Assembly (NCBI RefSeq): GCF_006345805.1
Contig: NC_043010.1
Location: 19,220,001-19,284,000, forward strand
Length of the DNA: 64,000 nucleotides
Source: Octopus sinensis
Taxonomy: Eukaryota
Direction: 5' to 3'
In this document: positions 1-13,637 of the stretch, piece by piece
Numbering within the stretch: the first letter of the stretch is position 1
How the letters are laid out: every line of letters begins with the position of its first letter
Notes under the pieces: model-generated
Told to the model about the DNA's origin: nothing
What the model saw: only the letters and a program-made list of their open reading frames with translations
Databases searched by the model: none
Made by a program: the position numbers and the translations under genes

Positions 1-168
1 AACAACAGCAGCAGCAGCAGCAGCAACAACAACAACAGCAACAAAAACAGCAACAACAAGTAACTGTACTTATAGGTTCCCAATCACTAGTTCACAATAT
101 GTGATGTTGGGGGAATGCATATGTGGGTGTGTATGGATGTATGTATACGCCATGTGTATGCGCCACGC

Positions 169-243
<75 letters not shown>

Positions 244-948
244 ATATACAATTGTATGTGTATGTATATGCTATGTGTTTGTCTTCCCCGCATGTACTTC
301 TAGGTGTACGTGTATATGTATGTATATATGAAAGCGTCTATATACGCATACAATGACAGAGAAGAACTTGGCTTTAGTTGTTAACTTCATAACAGTTGTA
401 TTTTTTTTTCTAAACTCTTGTAATTCCATATTTGGCAGTGGTTGCCTAATAGACGGGGGACATGGCGAGACCAAGGTCGAGATGGAGAAAGATAAAGACA
501 GAGAGAAAGAGAGAGACCGAGAGGGACAGAAAGAGATAGGTGGGAGACGGATATGTACAGACGGATAGACAGACAGACAGACAGACAAATACTAATAAAA
601 CCAATCGCAGTCCAAAAACAGTGTATGATGAGCGAAACTATAAATTATCACTTGTCGCCATTCCAATATGGATGACATCTTTTCCTCTTTTTAACAATTT
701 CATCGCTGATCAAAGAAAAACAGAAATACGTCTGTATTGTGTCTTTGTTGTCTACTGTTTGTGTGTGTGTATGTGTGTATGTATTTATGTATTATGTATG
801 TATGTATGTATGTATGTATGTATGTATGATGTATGTATGTGTGTATGTGTGTAGTTAGGTAGGTAGGTTGGTAGGTAGGTAGGTTTACGTGTATGTTGTT
901 GTGTATGTGTATATATTACAATTTCTTTATGTGTGTGAATATATGTAC

Positions 949-984
<36 letters not shown>

Positions 985-1418
985 ATTGGGTGTATATGTG
1001 TATATTGTGAGAATCTGTGTATATATTTACATACATATGCACCCTCGCATGCGCACACACGTATACACACACAATATATATATACACTCACATATATACA
1101 TGTGGTACATATGTATAGGTACATGCATACATACGTATTATGTATGTGTGTATGTACTATGATGTGTGCGTGTATGATTAGTTCTTTAGTTCTCTTCACC
1201 ATATAAACCAAACTAGTTACGGTCAAGCTGGAGCAATGCCCAATCATGGACATTTTCTGGAACACTTTCACTTTACGTTTTCAAGCAACGTTGTTGTTGT
1301 TGCTGTATATGTTTTGATGTTCTCATTATTGTTGTAGATGCTGTCCTATTTTTCACCATAGCTCTGTTACATCGTAATTTTACCGATCCTTTACACAGTA
1401 ACGGTGCCAGTGTAACGT

Positions 1419-1900
1419 GGTGTTAACACTGCGTTATGCTGAGGTAATGCGCAATGTAGCAACACTGCGTCATACTGTACGTATTGAGGCGGGCTAAAGC
1501 GTGCCAATAGTGTGAGTCACGTGAGGAGGGAAACTCACAGAGAGGAAGAAAAACCCCGGTCCCAAATCTTTGCTGCTTTGCGGTCATACCCAGCCATGGG
1601 AAGGCTTCAGGAATAAACCTGAGGGAAAATCAGGAGTTGGAGCCCTTGAGGCAGTTCAACCCTCCTGTGCAACCTCGTTCTGACAACAGCTACGACGACA
1701 CTGCAACGACTGTGCTGTGCCTTTGGATTGATCGGTGATGTGGAGAGTGAGAAGGACCTGTCCTCCATACCATATTGCCCAGGCGCAGGTCCCTATCGGA
1801 CATCCTATATTGGAGAGATAGAATCGGGATCGGACTGGTCAGTCACAGACAACACAGTTTGTATGGGGCAGACAACTAGGACCATCATCCATTGTCGTTA
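1419..1900 (+). mobile_element. Probable 5' UTR fragment of an RTE-type LINE
   Basis: GC-richer structured stretch (gctgctttgcggtcatacccagccatgggaaggcttcaggaataaacctgagggaaaatcaggagttggagcccttgaggcag) resembling RTE 5' UTRs from memory. No intact ORF follows. Confidence 0.4.
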
Positions 1901-2080
1901 ATAAGAGACAGAGGTGTCAGAGAACATTAAATACTCAGTCACTGACACTAGGAGACAATGAGTCGTTGTTTAAACAAGAAACAACAGCAGAAAGTAATCT
2001 CAGATTGAAGGAGTTAGGGGAACGGATTAGACAGATTTTTAAGTGGGAAGAGAAAAAAAAGAGAGAGGGCCTAGTAGAGG

Positions 2081-2157
<77 letters not shown>

Positions 2158-2762
2158 ATGGGGAGATGGAAGTGGACATCTGTAGGGGTGCTGTGCCTAA
2201 TAATTGCTATATTACATCAAAGTCGGATGGATTGTAAAACTTGAATCTTCATCGTCGGAGCCGATGAAGTATCCATGTTCGTATATTATTTATATTTGTG
2301 TATACACGTATCTAGAATTAACATTGTGTAACACAGCGTGCTTCAGGGAGTTGTCACAGTGAATCAACCCAGTACACTACACAGCTGAGGCTTACATCCA
2401 TTCCCTCTACAAAGACTCCTACAAGCAACTGGGCTACTAGTTGTCACTCAAATTGCTGAAGTAGCAACCAAATCGCCCTCGAATCTCACCCTACCAGCTT
2501 TTAAGAAAATTCAGAACATTGGACAATTGTATCATGAATACACTATTTAAACGACAATGGATGGTCACGACTGGAATATTTCATAAGTCTGTTCGATCAG
2601 CACAACCCTAACCCTACAGAAAGAAGAATGGAAAGATCCATTTTAATCTGAATCTTCAAGGCGAAAACTTTCAATAATCTCTTTAGTTTTGCTTCGGTAG
2701 ATTTTCTCTCTTATTTATTATTTCAATTTATTCTGTCCGTTCCATTATCTTTTTACTCTCCG

Positions 2763-2802
<40 letters not shown>

Positions 2803-3139
2803 TCATTCATACACTCCCATACACACAAGCATATATAAATATATACCTATATACACACACGTACACACACACACACACTCACACACATACATATACATGC
2901 ACACGTACACGCACACACACGTACGCACACACACATAGAGATGTATATTTTCTGTTATTTTCACTGTTTTCAACGAAATTTGAAACGATGATTTGGATAT
3001 TTACTCTTAATACCTTCTTAGCAGATTGAAAAACGAAAAAGACGCTAGTCGCTGTTGTGTACGTCGCTGAAGAATAGTTTCTCTCTTTTATGATGACAGT
3101 GTGTTCATAACACACTCGGCTTATTAGTACAAATGATTA

Positions 3140-3180
3140 TTAGACACCAGTGTTTCGACATGTTCTGTCTCTTCAGTCAG
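3140..3180 (-). ncRNA. Type I hammerhead motif with intact core and weak helix I
   Basis: CUGAAGA-GACA gaaca UGUC-GAAA-CAC ug GUG-UC. Helix II is closed by G-C, helix III is near-palindromic, GUC triplet. Helix I has only about 1 bp. Confidence 0.6.
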
Positions 3181-3904
3181 AAGTACTTGGGACTTTAAGC
3201 CAAAACTTTTTCATTCTCCTCTTTCCACTTTCCTTCCTCTGTTTTCCAGTTCTCTTCAAACCACCAGTGACGTATACTCAACCTTTTGTCACCATCACTA
3301 CACCTCCCCGTCTGGTATGTACTTGGTTTCAAAAGAGCATAGTATTGCCTACACTCATCGTTACACATACGAAGGTCTTTGTTCGTATGACCGACCTTAT
3401 GTCGTTTTTAGACGTTACATGCGCACACAGATTTGTACGCGAACCTACATATGCACCTCTAAAACGAATACAGGCGTATCTGTGCCTCTCCACTCTACAA
3501 ATGCTTATATGTACATATATGTATATTCAGTGGGGGTATATTTACTATTATCTACATTGGTACTATATATATTTTACTGTGTAGATTCGTCTTCACCCAC
3601 ACATGTGTATGCTTATGTATATATATACATATATTCATATTTGTTTACATTTATCTTTAAATATCCATAAACCCTACTAACAGTAATGCACAGACTATTA
3701 CGATTTTCCACACAACCAATCGGATCGATGGAATAGCTTTGATTGATGTTTGTGAAAACCAAACTGATTTTTCACAACTTTTATGATCATAACATAATAT
3801 TAACAGAAATAAATTTTAAGTTACTGCTATAAATTTCACTTACAAATCATATATATATATATATATATATATTTGTGTGTGTGTGTGTGTGTGTGTCTGT
3901 GTCT

Positions 3905-3964
<60 letters not shown>

Positions 3965-4696
3965 TGCGCGTGTGTCTCTGAGAAAGTGTGACGAGATTTT
4001 TAAAATCACGTTTATAATAGAGTGAAATCAATTTTAGTTATACGATTTGGTAGCGTCGTTAAATCGTCAGATAGTTTGTTTGTTGGTATTTATTCTGACT
4101 TTGTGCTTTCTGTTCAAATCTCGCCGTGTTCAGCTTTGCTTTCGATCCTTTCGGGGCCAATACAAAGTACCGACACAGAATACTTGCTTCGGTTCTTTTT
4201 GTTCTCAGCTAAAATCGTTCCGTGTTCTACATTTTTGATAGAATTCATTTGTCATTCACTTTAATTTCTTCACCTGACATCGTGGGAATCTTTAGTAGAG
4301 TCCACAGCACTGTTGCGATTTGACGATGATTTTTTTCCCCACTCAGTCTCACTTATCTCAGAGACCCTGAAAGTGTTATCGGCATGGCTTTCTTTCCAGT
4401 TTAAAACTTTAAAACACGTTTTAAAAGGCTCTCTACGCTAGTCTTCATTTTCCTGGCAATGGTTTCTGTTCTTGTAAATTTATTGAGAATGCAATGGAAA
4501 ATAATGACACGTTTATGTATACAGGCACGAAAGAAAAAAAAACTACTTAATAATGGAATGAAGTTAAATAATTTGTAATAACTTAAACCTCAAAATTACA
4601 ACTTAAAATGTCTACTTTCGATTCATCGGATTAGATTATGAGCTAGGAATAATCGGTTTTGCTTTCACAGAAATATTTGAAAAAGAATCCCTCGAT

Positions 4697-4746
<50 letters not shown>

Positions 4747-5117
4747 CTATTCACATGTACGTGTGTGGTGGTGGTAGGGGCGTGTTTGTCTGTGCCAAGC
4801 GTCTACAGTGCATTATGGGTTAAGAAAAACTGCATTGCTTCCCTCGATGTCAGGAAAGGCTTAAAAGACGCAGTGAAAGTTTGCGAAATTATTGGATTAT
4901 ACATTCTAATCCGCAATGATTTATATTTATATACAATATTTCCGGATGTAAAAGAAGGGATTATTACAGAGACGATGGTTTATTAATTCTTAGAAATAAA
5001 ATAAAAATCAAGACTTATAAATATTCAGTCTCACTTTCAGATAAATATGAAACTTATCTATATATTTGCATATATATACTCCACACATATAACGTGCATA
5101 ATGCATATATATATATG

Positions 5118-5160
<43 letters not shown>

Positions 5161-5449
5161 GATTATATATATATATATATATGTATGTATACTATGTATG
5201 TATGTATGGATGTATCTATGTATGTGTATATATATATATATACATATATATACATATATATATATATACATTTATATATATATATATCACATATATACAT
5301 GTGCGTGTATGTATGTGTTCATATGTATGTATACATAGATGTGTTTTTCTGTGTGTAATGCATGTATATATGCATATATATCAATGTATCAATGTATGTA
5401 TATGTGTATACGTGTGTATGTATGTGCGCGTGTGGTGTGCATAACTAAA

Positions 5450-5830
5450 CCCCGTGACTTCGTTTGCATCCGATGATGTGGACTAGTTCTTCTTACGGGG
5501 AAAATACTTTCGATATTTATCGAGTGGAATTGGTCCTGTGCAAGACCTTTACTTGCACCATTTAAAAAAAACTTCTGTCACAGGCATTGTTGGAATTTTA
5601 ACATCTCTTTTATTGTTGCATATTATGGCGGGTCGTAACCGAGAAAGAAAAATTCCATGGTGGAATGGCGGAATGGTAAGCTTTGTGAACATCTTTGTGA
5701 ACATCGTTACCACATCTGCGCAAAAGAGTGTGGATTCCTTAGTTGGAATGGAAAACCATATCTCTGCTGTACATCTTTAAGAAGAGTCAAGCGATTGCAT
5801 GACTCGAAGTCAAATTGCAACCTTAAAGTA
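5450..5830 (-). mobile_element. Possible Penelope-like RT remnant
   Basis: Minus strand DSS*RCTAEIWFSIPTKESTLFCADVVTMFT...IP...EVFFKWCK resembles the PLE RT motif around SFDV.SLFTNVP. Heavily degenerate. Confidence 0.4.
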
Positions 5831-6285
5831 TGTATGTATGTATGTATGTATGTATGTATGTATGTATGTATGTATGTATGTATGTATGTATGTATGTATG
5901 TATGTATATGTCTATGTATGTATGCGTGTGTGAGAGCATGTGTATATGTGTTAGCCTATGTGTGTTAGGGAATATCCGAGTGTGTATGTGAGTTATTAGT
6001 ATAGAGTTGTGTAAATGTACCTGCATGGGATAGAGGTAATTGTGCACGTGTGTGTATACATGTATGTGTGTGTGTGTCAGTGTGTATGTGTGTATTTCTG
6101 CATTCATGTATGTATTATGTGTGTAGATATCTATGTGCGTATATAGGTATGCATATATATATGTGTGTGTATGTATGTATATATATATATATATATTTGT
6201 ATATGTGCGTGTCTACATATTTGTTTATTTGCACATGCATGTACATACGTATATCTATATATACGTGTGTGTGTGCGTGCATATA

Positions 6286-7917
6286 CTGTTGCGGCCAAAA
6301 TGTTCAGAACGGCATTGTTTTTGTCAGAAAAGTAGGTATAAGTTTTTTATCAAAGTTGTTTTATATTCTATAATTTTCACAGTCAATAAATACGATATTA
6401 ATTGTTATTGTCTGAGATTTTGGTGTAACTTGAAAGGATAATACAAAAGTTATGGATGATTTAGTGATTTACTGCAAAACCCATGGCGGCCAAAATGATC
6501 AGAACGGTTGCTTTTACTCCGTGTTTTAGTATATTTAACCGGTGAACTCTAATGTTTTGAATTTGTTTACCTGACGGTTCGTTTACTAAACATTAGTAAG
6601 AATATCTGCAGTGTACTTTGTTAATATAATGCCACTTACTCCGTTATCAATTCGTCAGCAGATTATTAAGCTTCGAAAGAAGGATAATTTAAGTATTGGG
6701 TCTATTGCAAAGATTGTTAACAAGTCAAAAAGTGTTGTTTACGGTATTCTTAAGGTCTACGATGATTGTGGTTCGTGTGAAGCAAGAAAGTCTACAGGTA
6801 GGCCAAGAAAAACGACCAAGAGAGAAGATCGTGCTATGGTAAAGTTGGTTAAAAAGGACAGATTTAAAACTGTTGTTGCTGTTTCTCGGGAAATGAGCAT
6901 TGTACTGAAGAAAACTTTATTTCGAAAAACTGTGTCTCGTCGTTTAGTTGAACATGACCTACAAGCAAGAGCACCTGCAGTGAAGCCACTGATCAGCTCC
7001 AAGAATAAAAAGTATCGTCTTACCTTTGCAACCGAACATGTGTTGTGGTCTCAAGAAAAATGGCAAACAGTGCATTTCAGTGATGAATCTAAGTTTATGT
7101 TATTTGGCTCAGATGGGAAAAGGTACGTTCGTAGAAAAGTAGGTGAAAAATTGTCGCCTAAATGCCTTAAGACTAGTGTTAAATTCAGTGGAGGAAGTGT
7201 CAGGGTTTGGGGGATGATATCTGGAGGTGGTGTGGGCCCTTTGATGCGATTACATGGAAAGGTAAATGCAGGAGTTTATAAACAACTTGTAAAAGATCAT
7301 GTCTTGCCTGTGCTGAGAAATTCAACTAAGCGATCACCCATATTCATGCAGGACAATGCCCCATGTCACAAGGCTAAGGTGGTCATGAACTTTCTCAAGG
7401 CTGAAAAGATTATTGTTATGGATTGGCCTGCTCAAAGCCCAGATCTCAATCCTATTGAAAATGTGTGGAATATTCTAGGAGAATGTTCGAAAGCCAGAAA
7501 TCCTAAAAGAACCGAGCAATTATGGAATGCCATTCGGGAAGAATAGAATAAGATTACCCAGCAAGAAATTGAAAATTTAATTTCCTCATGCAGTCGAAGA
7601 TGTCAAAGTGTGATTGAAGCTAAAGGGCTTTACACTAAATATTAAATAATTCCAGTATTCCCTCTCATTTTTGATTATTTTGTTATTTTTTTCAACCGTT
7701 CTGATCATTTTGACCGCCATGGGTTTTGCTGTAAATCACTAAATCATCCATAACTTTTGTATTATCCTCTCAAATTACACCAAAATCTCAAACAAATTAT
7801 AATTAATATCGTATTTATTGTCTGTGAAAATTATAGAATATAAAACAACTTTGATAAAAACTTATATCTACTTTTCTGACGAAAACAATGCCGTTCTGAA
7901 CATTTTGGCCGCAACTG
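6286..7917 (+). mobile_element. Full-length Tc1-family (DD34E) DNA transposon with IR/DR-type long TIRs
   Basis: TA at 6284-85 and 7918-19. About 225-bp TIRs (6286-6510 and 7693-7917), each holding an outer and inner direct repeat gcggccaaaatg(t/a)tcagaacgg. Total 1632 bp. Confidence 0.97.
6629..7645 (+). pseudogene. Tc1 transposase (about 338 codons) with one premature stop
   Basis: ATG at 6629 (MPLTPLSIRQQII...). N-terminal HTH and GRPRKTT linker; catalytic FSDES, MQDNAP and DLNPIE with 34 residues between the second D and E. TAG at 7544-46 sits where Trp is expected, and the frame continues NKITQQEIENLISSCSRRCQSVIEAKGLYTKY to TAA at 7645. Confidence 0.93.
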
Positions 7918-8087
7918 TACGTATGTATATAAATATATACATATACACCCACACATTACATACTTATACATCCATCCATCCATCCATCCATCCATACATA
8001 CATACATGCATGCATATGTTTGCATGTGGACATATATATACACACGAATATATATATATATGTGTGTGTATGTATATATATATAGAT

Positions 8088-8125
<38 letters not shown>

Positions 8126-8733
8126 TATATATATATATATATACATGCATTCGTGCATATACACAACATACATATACATGCATTTAGCTGTAGTGATGTA
8201 TATTTGTACTTTTCTTCCGGTGTATATAAGTGTGCAGATGTATGTGTGTTTGTGTCATATAAATGTCTCAGTTCTTGTTGCATATATATGTGTGTGCGCG
8301 TGCTTACGTATGTCTTGAATAAATTTGCATACGGTCACGTGACCTAATTTCTTATGTTTTCAACCCGTTGAATAATACTTAAACAAGAGTCGAAATTCTA
8401 ATTAAGCGACTATTCTTTGGTTTCGACGCATTGCGTGTCAGAAAGCGGCCCCCTAAATGGCTAGATTGTGGTTTCGTGTCCCAGCTGTAACCCCCGCCAT
8501 AACGGGGTGTGTTATAATTGTATCAAACAGCATGGCGTTAGCTTATCAAATTTGTAAGCGACATAATGAAGACATCAACATACAACATCACCATAGAGGA
8601 CTTTAAAGACGCATCCGCGTGAATAGTGATGTGATTCCCTACACACACACTCTCTCTCTCTCTCACCCTCTCTCTCTCCTCTCTATAGAGACACGTACAT
8701 ATATTTATGTATTTTATGTGATGAAGTATTACA

Positions 8734-8792
<59 letters not shown>

Positions 8793-9794
8793 CATATATA
8801 CACACACAAACATATGGGTAAATGTATATATAGCTACATGTATGTATATGTGTGTAATTATATATATATATGTTTGTATGTGTGTTTGTGCGTGTATGTG
8901 TATATATATGTATATATATATATATATTATATATATATGACATTTACATACATATTATAATATACATATACATACATACACACACATATACAAACATGCA
9001 CACACACATACACATACACACACACACATATATAATATACGTGTGTACGTATGCATGTATATAAGTACGTATAAGCGCGCGCGCGTGTATATATATATAT
9101 ATGAAATTCAGTTTGTATATTTCTTTCTTTATCCCTTAATCCATCACAGCAATTGTATCCAGATTTCAACACCACCTTCAGCGGTCCTTTTTCCCACGTA
9201 ATCAGTGTCGTGACTACACAATAATACAGCGGCCATCTTTTGTCGTGATTACCAATGTTAGCCAAGTGGATCGGAGAGTAAGTGGCGGCTATTCTGCACT
9301 TATAACGCTTTACTGATTGTTGGTGCCAGACAGCAGAGTCTCGATCGTCTCTCATATTCATGGCAGATTCATTGCATAAGTTCTCTAAACTTTGTGACAG
9401 GCAATTACATAATTATATCTTTAAATGCTATATTCTTGGTTTGTGCAATTTGTTTTTTTCTTTTTCCTTTTCTTTTCAATATAAATTCTTGACATGAAAG
9501 TGCGAAGTACGACGTTTTGGCTTCTGACAGTAACTCTTGTTCTTGTTCGTTCTTTTTGCACGCCATAATAGTGAGTTTATAATAATTTTTTCCAGTGTCT
9601 TGCACTCCTACACACTCAGCAACAACAACAACAACAACACACACACGCATACACACATATACACATACACACAAACGCACACATACATTACTGATGTCAT
9701 ACGAATCAACAAACTTCGAGAGATCGTGAAATGATTCTTTTTTCGTTTTCTTTTGAATGGTGGCTCTGGAAGCAGATGAAGCTATAAATGACGG

Positions 9795-10010
9795 TTTCAA
9801 ATTTTGGCACAAGACCAGCACCTTGAGGGGAAGGGGTGAGTCGATTACGTCGACCCCTGTACACAACTGGTACTACTAATTTCATTCACTCCGAAAGGAA
9901 GAAAGGCAAGTTCGTCCTCGGTGGAATTCGAACTCAGAATGTAAAGACGGACGAAATGCCGCAAAGCATTTTGCCCGGAGTGCTAAGGAGTCTGTCAACT
10001 CGTCGCCTTA
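9795..10010 (-). mobile_element. SINE family A copy
   Basis: Reverse complement of the family A head and core. Confidence 0.8.
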
Positions 10011-10523
10011 TATGAAGCTTGAAATCACAGCGTGCAAACATTAGGTTAAAAAACACCTTGGACAGAAAACGTTCAAGTCTGCCTGTGGGAATTGAACCCA
10101 TATCTCCTGTAACTATGATGGACGTTTTACCAATGGCCCTATGCAATCCTTTGGTCCTAGACGAGATGTGAACACAAGTCCCGTAGGCAGCCTTCAAGTT
10201 TTTCTATCCAAGGAATTTTTAACCCAGTATTTGCATGCTATTATTCATAGCTTCATCAGCTTCAAGATTCACCATTCCAATATGTATACTTTTTTTGCTG
10301 GTTTCAGTTCGAGATCTGCGGCCATGCTAGGGCACTACTGATAGTTTCGCTACATTTTTCTTACTTGAAACCTTTTATATGTGGCATTTGCGGAATGAGG
10401 GAGTTTGATGTCGCTGACCTCATTTGCATTTTCACTGTGCGTGTGTGTGTATATGGTTGTGCGTGTGTGTGTATGGTTGTGCGCGTACACACACATACCA
10501 CACACACACACACACACACACAT

Positions 10524-10556
<33 letters not shown>

Positions 10557-10614
10557 CATACATACATACATATATATATTTATATATTATATTCATACAT
10601 ACACACACACACAC

Positions 10615-10773
10615 ATAGGTGTGGCTGTGTGGTAAGTAGCTTGCTTACTAACCACATGTTTCCGAGTTCAGTCCTACCGTGTGGCACCTTGGGTAAGTGT
10701 CTTCTACTATAGCCTCGGCCTGACCAAGGCCTTGTAAGTGGATTTGGTAGACGGAAACAGAAAGAATCCTGTC

Positions 10774-10805
<32 letters not shown>

Positions 10806-11030
10806 TGTATATATATATTTGTGTATCTGTGTGTGTCCCCATCCCATCGCTTGACAACAGATGTTGGTGTGTTTACGTTCCCCGTAACTTAGCGGTTCGG
10901 CAAAAAGAAACCGATAGAATAAGAACTAGGCTTACAAAGAATAAGTCCTGGGGTCGATTTGTTCGATTGAAGGCGCTGCTCCAGCATGACCGCAGTCAAA
11001 ATGACTGAAACAAGTAAAAGAATGAAAGAA
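10615..11030 (+). mobile_element. tRNA-derived SINE family B with a central (TA)n microsatellite
   Basis: gtggctgtgtggtaagtagcttgc...gtggcaccttgggtaagtgtcttctactatagcctcgg...(TA)n...gcttgacaac...cttagcggttcggc...gactgaaacaagtaaaagaat. Confidence 0.8.
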
Positions 11031-11048
11031 TATCTATCTATCTGTCTG

Positions 11049-11090
<42 letters not shown>

Positions 11091-11161
11091 ATCTATCTAT
11101 CTATCTATCTATATATATATATATATATATAATATATATATATATATATAGATATATATAT

Positions 11162-11192
<31 letters not shown>

Positions 11193-11555
11193 ATATATAT
11201 TATTTATTTATTTATTTATAATACCACAACACACACAAACAAACACATGTGTATATGACACCACGCACACACATATATTCTACAAATCAGCTGAACATCA
11301 CAATCCCAACCAGCGACACCACCACCAACAACAACAACACAGTCGACAGTTAAGCTAAAACCATTAACAATCCACTTCATCAGTCAAAAGTACAATGGCG
11401 ACTGTAAAGAGTTGAAATTAATCTTCATTCATCGGATAATTGTATGACTGGAGGTGGAAGGAGGAGGAGGAGGTGGAGAGAGTAAAGAAGGAGAAGAAGG
11501 TGGGGCTGTTCCATCGTTTTCAATATTTCCCTTTTCCCATTAGCACTGCTGCTGC

Positions 11556-11559
<4 letters not shown>

Positions 11560-11587
<28 letters not shown>

Positions 11588-12000
11588 GTGGTGGTGGTGG
11601 TGGTGATTGTTGTAGTGGTAGTGCTGGTACGTGTTGCTGCAACGGTGTAGTACGGTGCTGGTAGTCTTAGTAATCGTAGTAGTGATAGTTGTGATGGTAA
11701 TGGCAGTAGTGGTGGAGAAGGAAGTGTTGGTGGTGGTGGTGGTAAATGTGAAGTAGGAGGAGGGGGTTGTGGTGGTGGTGATGGTGGTAATAGTGATTGT
11801 GGAGAAGAAGGAGGTGTTGATGGGGGTGGTAGGGATGGCGGTGGTGGTAAAGGTGAAGTAGGAGGAGGGGGTTGTTGGTGTGGTGAGTGGTGTGTAATAG
11901 TTGATTGTGGAGAAGAAGGAGGTGTTGATGGGGGTGGTAGGGATGGCGGTGGTGGTAAAGGTGAAGTAGGAGGAGGGGGTTGTGGTGATGCTGGTGGTGG
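11560..12000. repeat. (GGT)n-derived minisatellite with an identical 81-bp unit at 11795-11875 and 11903-11983
   Basis: Direct sequence comparison. Confidence 0.8.
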
Positions 12001-12447
12001 TTGTGTTAGTATTGTTGTTGAAGTTGTTTAGCACCAGGTCGTTTTATAAAACAGTAATATTTTTATTTGATAGAGATTTGGCTACTATTTCTAGCAAGTC
12101 GAACGGCCTTGTGATTGTTCTTGTCGTTGGGTTTTATGATGCAATAAGGGTAACGAGCTGGCAGAATGGTTAGCACATCGGGCGAAATGCTGAGCGGTAT
12201 TTCGTCTGCTGTTACGTTCTGAGTTCAAATATATACACGCGCGCGCACGCACACACATATATGCGTAAATGTAGACCGATGAAATAAGTGCTCAACATCG
12301 CATTGGTGGATATATAATTTCTTTATTTGTGAATAAAGGCTACCATTGGTTTCATGTTAAGAAGACCAGGAAAACATCCTATTGTCTTAACAGTTGTTAA
12401 GACACTAGGATAGTTTCCTGGTAGCTTCTTAACAAATAAAGAATATG

Positions 12448-12481
<34 letters not shown>

Positions 12482-12529
12482 ATATATATATACATGTAAT
12501 ATATATGTATGTATATATAAATATATATA

Positions 12530-12572
<43 letters not shown>

Positions 12573-12644
12573 TATAAAATTTTTCTTTCATAATGAGATA
12601 AAAAAACCAAGGCTGTATAGATTTTAGAACATTTATAATAGAAG

Positions 12645-12689
12645 GTCTTACAGCTGTTTCTAGGATATTTATATCCCATCACCGGAGAC
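12645..12689 (-). ncRNA. Type I hammerhead motif with mutated core
   Basis: GUCU-CCGGUGA-UGGGAUA uaaa UAUCCUA-GAAA-C AGCU G-UA-AGAC. Helix III is the perfect palindrome ACAGCUGU; the core has U4C and A6G. Confidence 0.55.
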
Positions 12690-12699
12690 GGTGTGAGAA

Positions 12700-12846
12700 A
12701 AACTTTTGCCGAATGAATCGACCTCTGTACTTAATTTTTTAAAGCCTGTTCTCTTTTGTTGAACCGCTAAATTACTGGGACTTATACGCAACAACACCGG
12801 TTGTCAAAGACTAACGCACAAACACACACGCACACACACACATACA

Positions 12847-12895
<49 letters not shown>

Positions 12896-13070
12896 GTACA
12901 TACGTTGGGCTTCTTTCAGTTTCTGTCTACCAAATCCACTCACAAATCCTTGGTCGGTCCGCGGCTATAGCTGAAAGAAGACACTTGCTCAAAGTGCCAT
13001 GCAGTGGGACTGGACCAGGAGCTATGTGGTTGAGAAACACACTTCTTACCACACAGTCGCACCTGTGCGT
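12700..13070 (-). mobile_element. SINE family B copy
   Basis: Reverse complement of the family B head and tail around a (CA)n/(TA)n tract. Confidence 0.75.
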
Positions 13071-13585
13071 ATATATATAATCAAGTTTTTAAAAAAATTC
13101 AAGAAACCTATCATCAAATAGAAACTCAGATCGTTAAAAATGCCCTTTCTGTTATTTATTCTTTCATTGAGGAAATTTTATTGAACCTTATACGGAGGTC
13201 GCTGTTTCGATACACACCGTGTCTTGTTGAGGTTGGCGGGGCATAAAATGTATACAAAATTTGGAAACCTGTGTGAAAAATAGTTTTCAAAAAATGAACT
13301 GAACGTAAAAATTGGAATTTTTGGTGTGGGTAAGGGCGGGGAACAAGGCATCAAATTAGACAAGAAGATCCTTGATTGAAAACTATTGTTAATATCGGAA
13401 GGAAAAGTTAACGGGGTTTGGTGAGGAAAAAAGAATTTCAGAACAACTTAAATACACGACAAAGAAGTTTATTCGAATCAAAGATTATACAGACACACAG
13501 TCACACATCGTATATACACACATGAACGCACGCACGCAAACGGACAGACACGTGTGCGCGCAGACACGTACGCTCACACACAAAT

Positions 13586-13628
<43 letters not shown>

Positions 13629-13637
13629 GCATAAATA

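Noticed and set aside
2605-2617. accctaacccta telomere-like hexamers
   Set aside because: Only two units, inside a dispersed repeat.
5657-5828. Cys-rich plus-strand frame (LCEHLCEHRYHICAKECG...YLCC) resembling a defensin or toxin, and an exon-like 5584-5675 segment
   Set aside because: No signal peptide in frame, stops upstream, and part of the Cys pattern comes from a 12-bp tandem duplication. The minus strand is better explained as a PLE RT remnant.
10228-10256. CUGAUGA plus a 5-bp hairpin on the minus strand
   Set aside because: No GAAA or helix III follows.
11540-12034. Mucin-like Thr/Pro-rich ORF on the minus strand
   Set aside because: Derived from a (GGT)n minisatellite; no splice or homology support.
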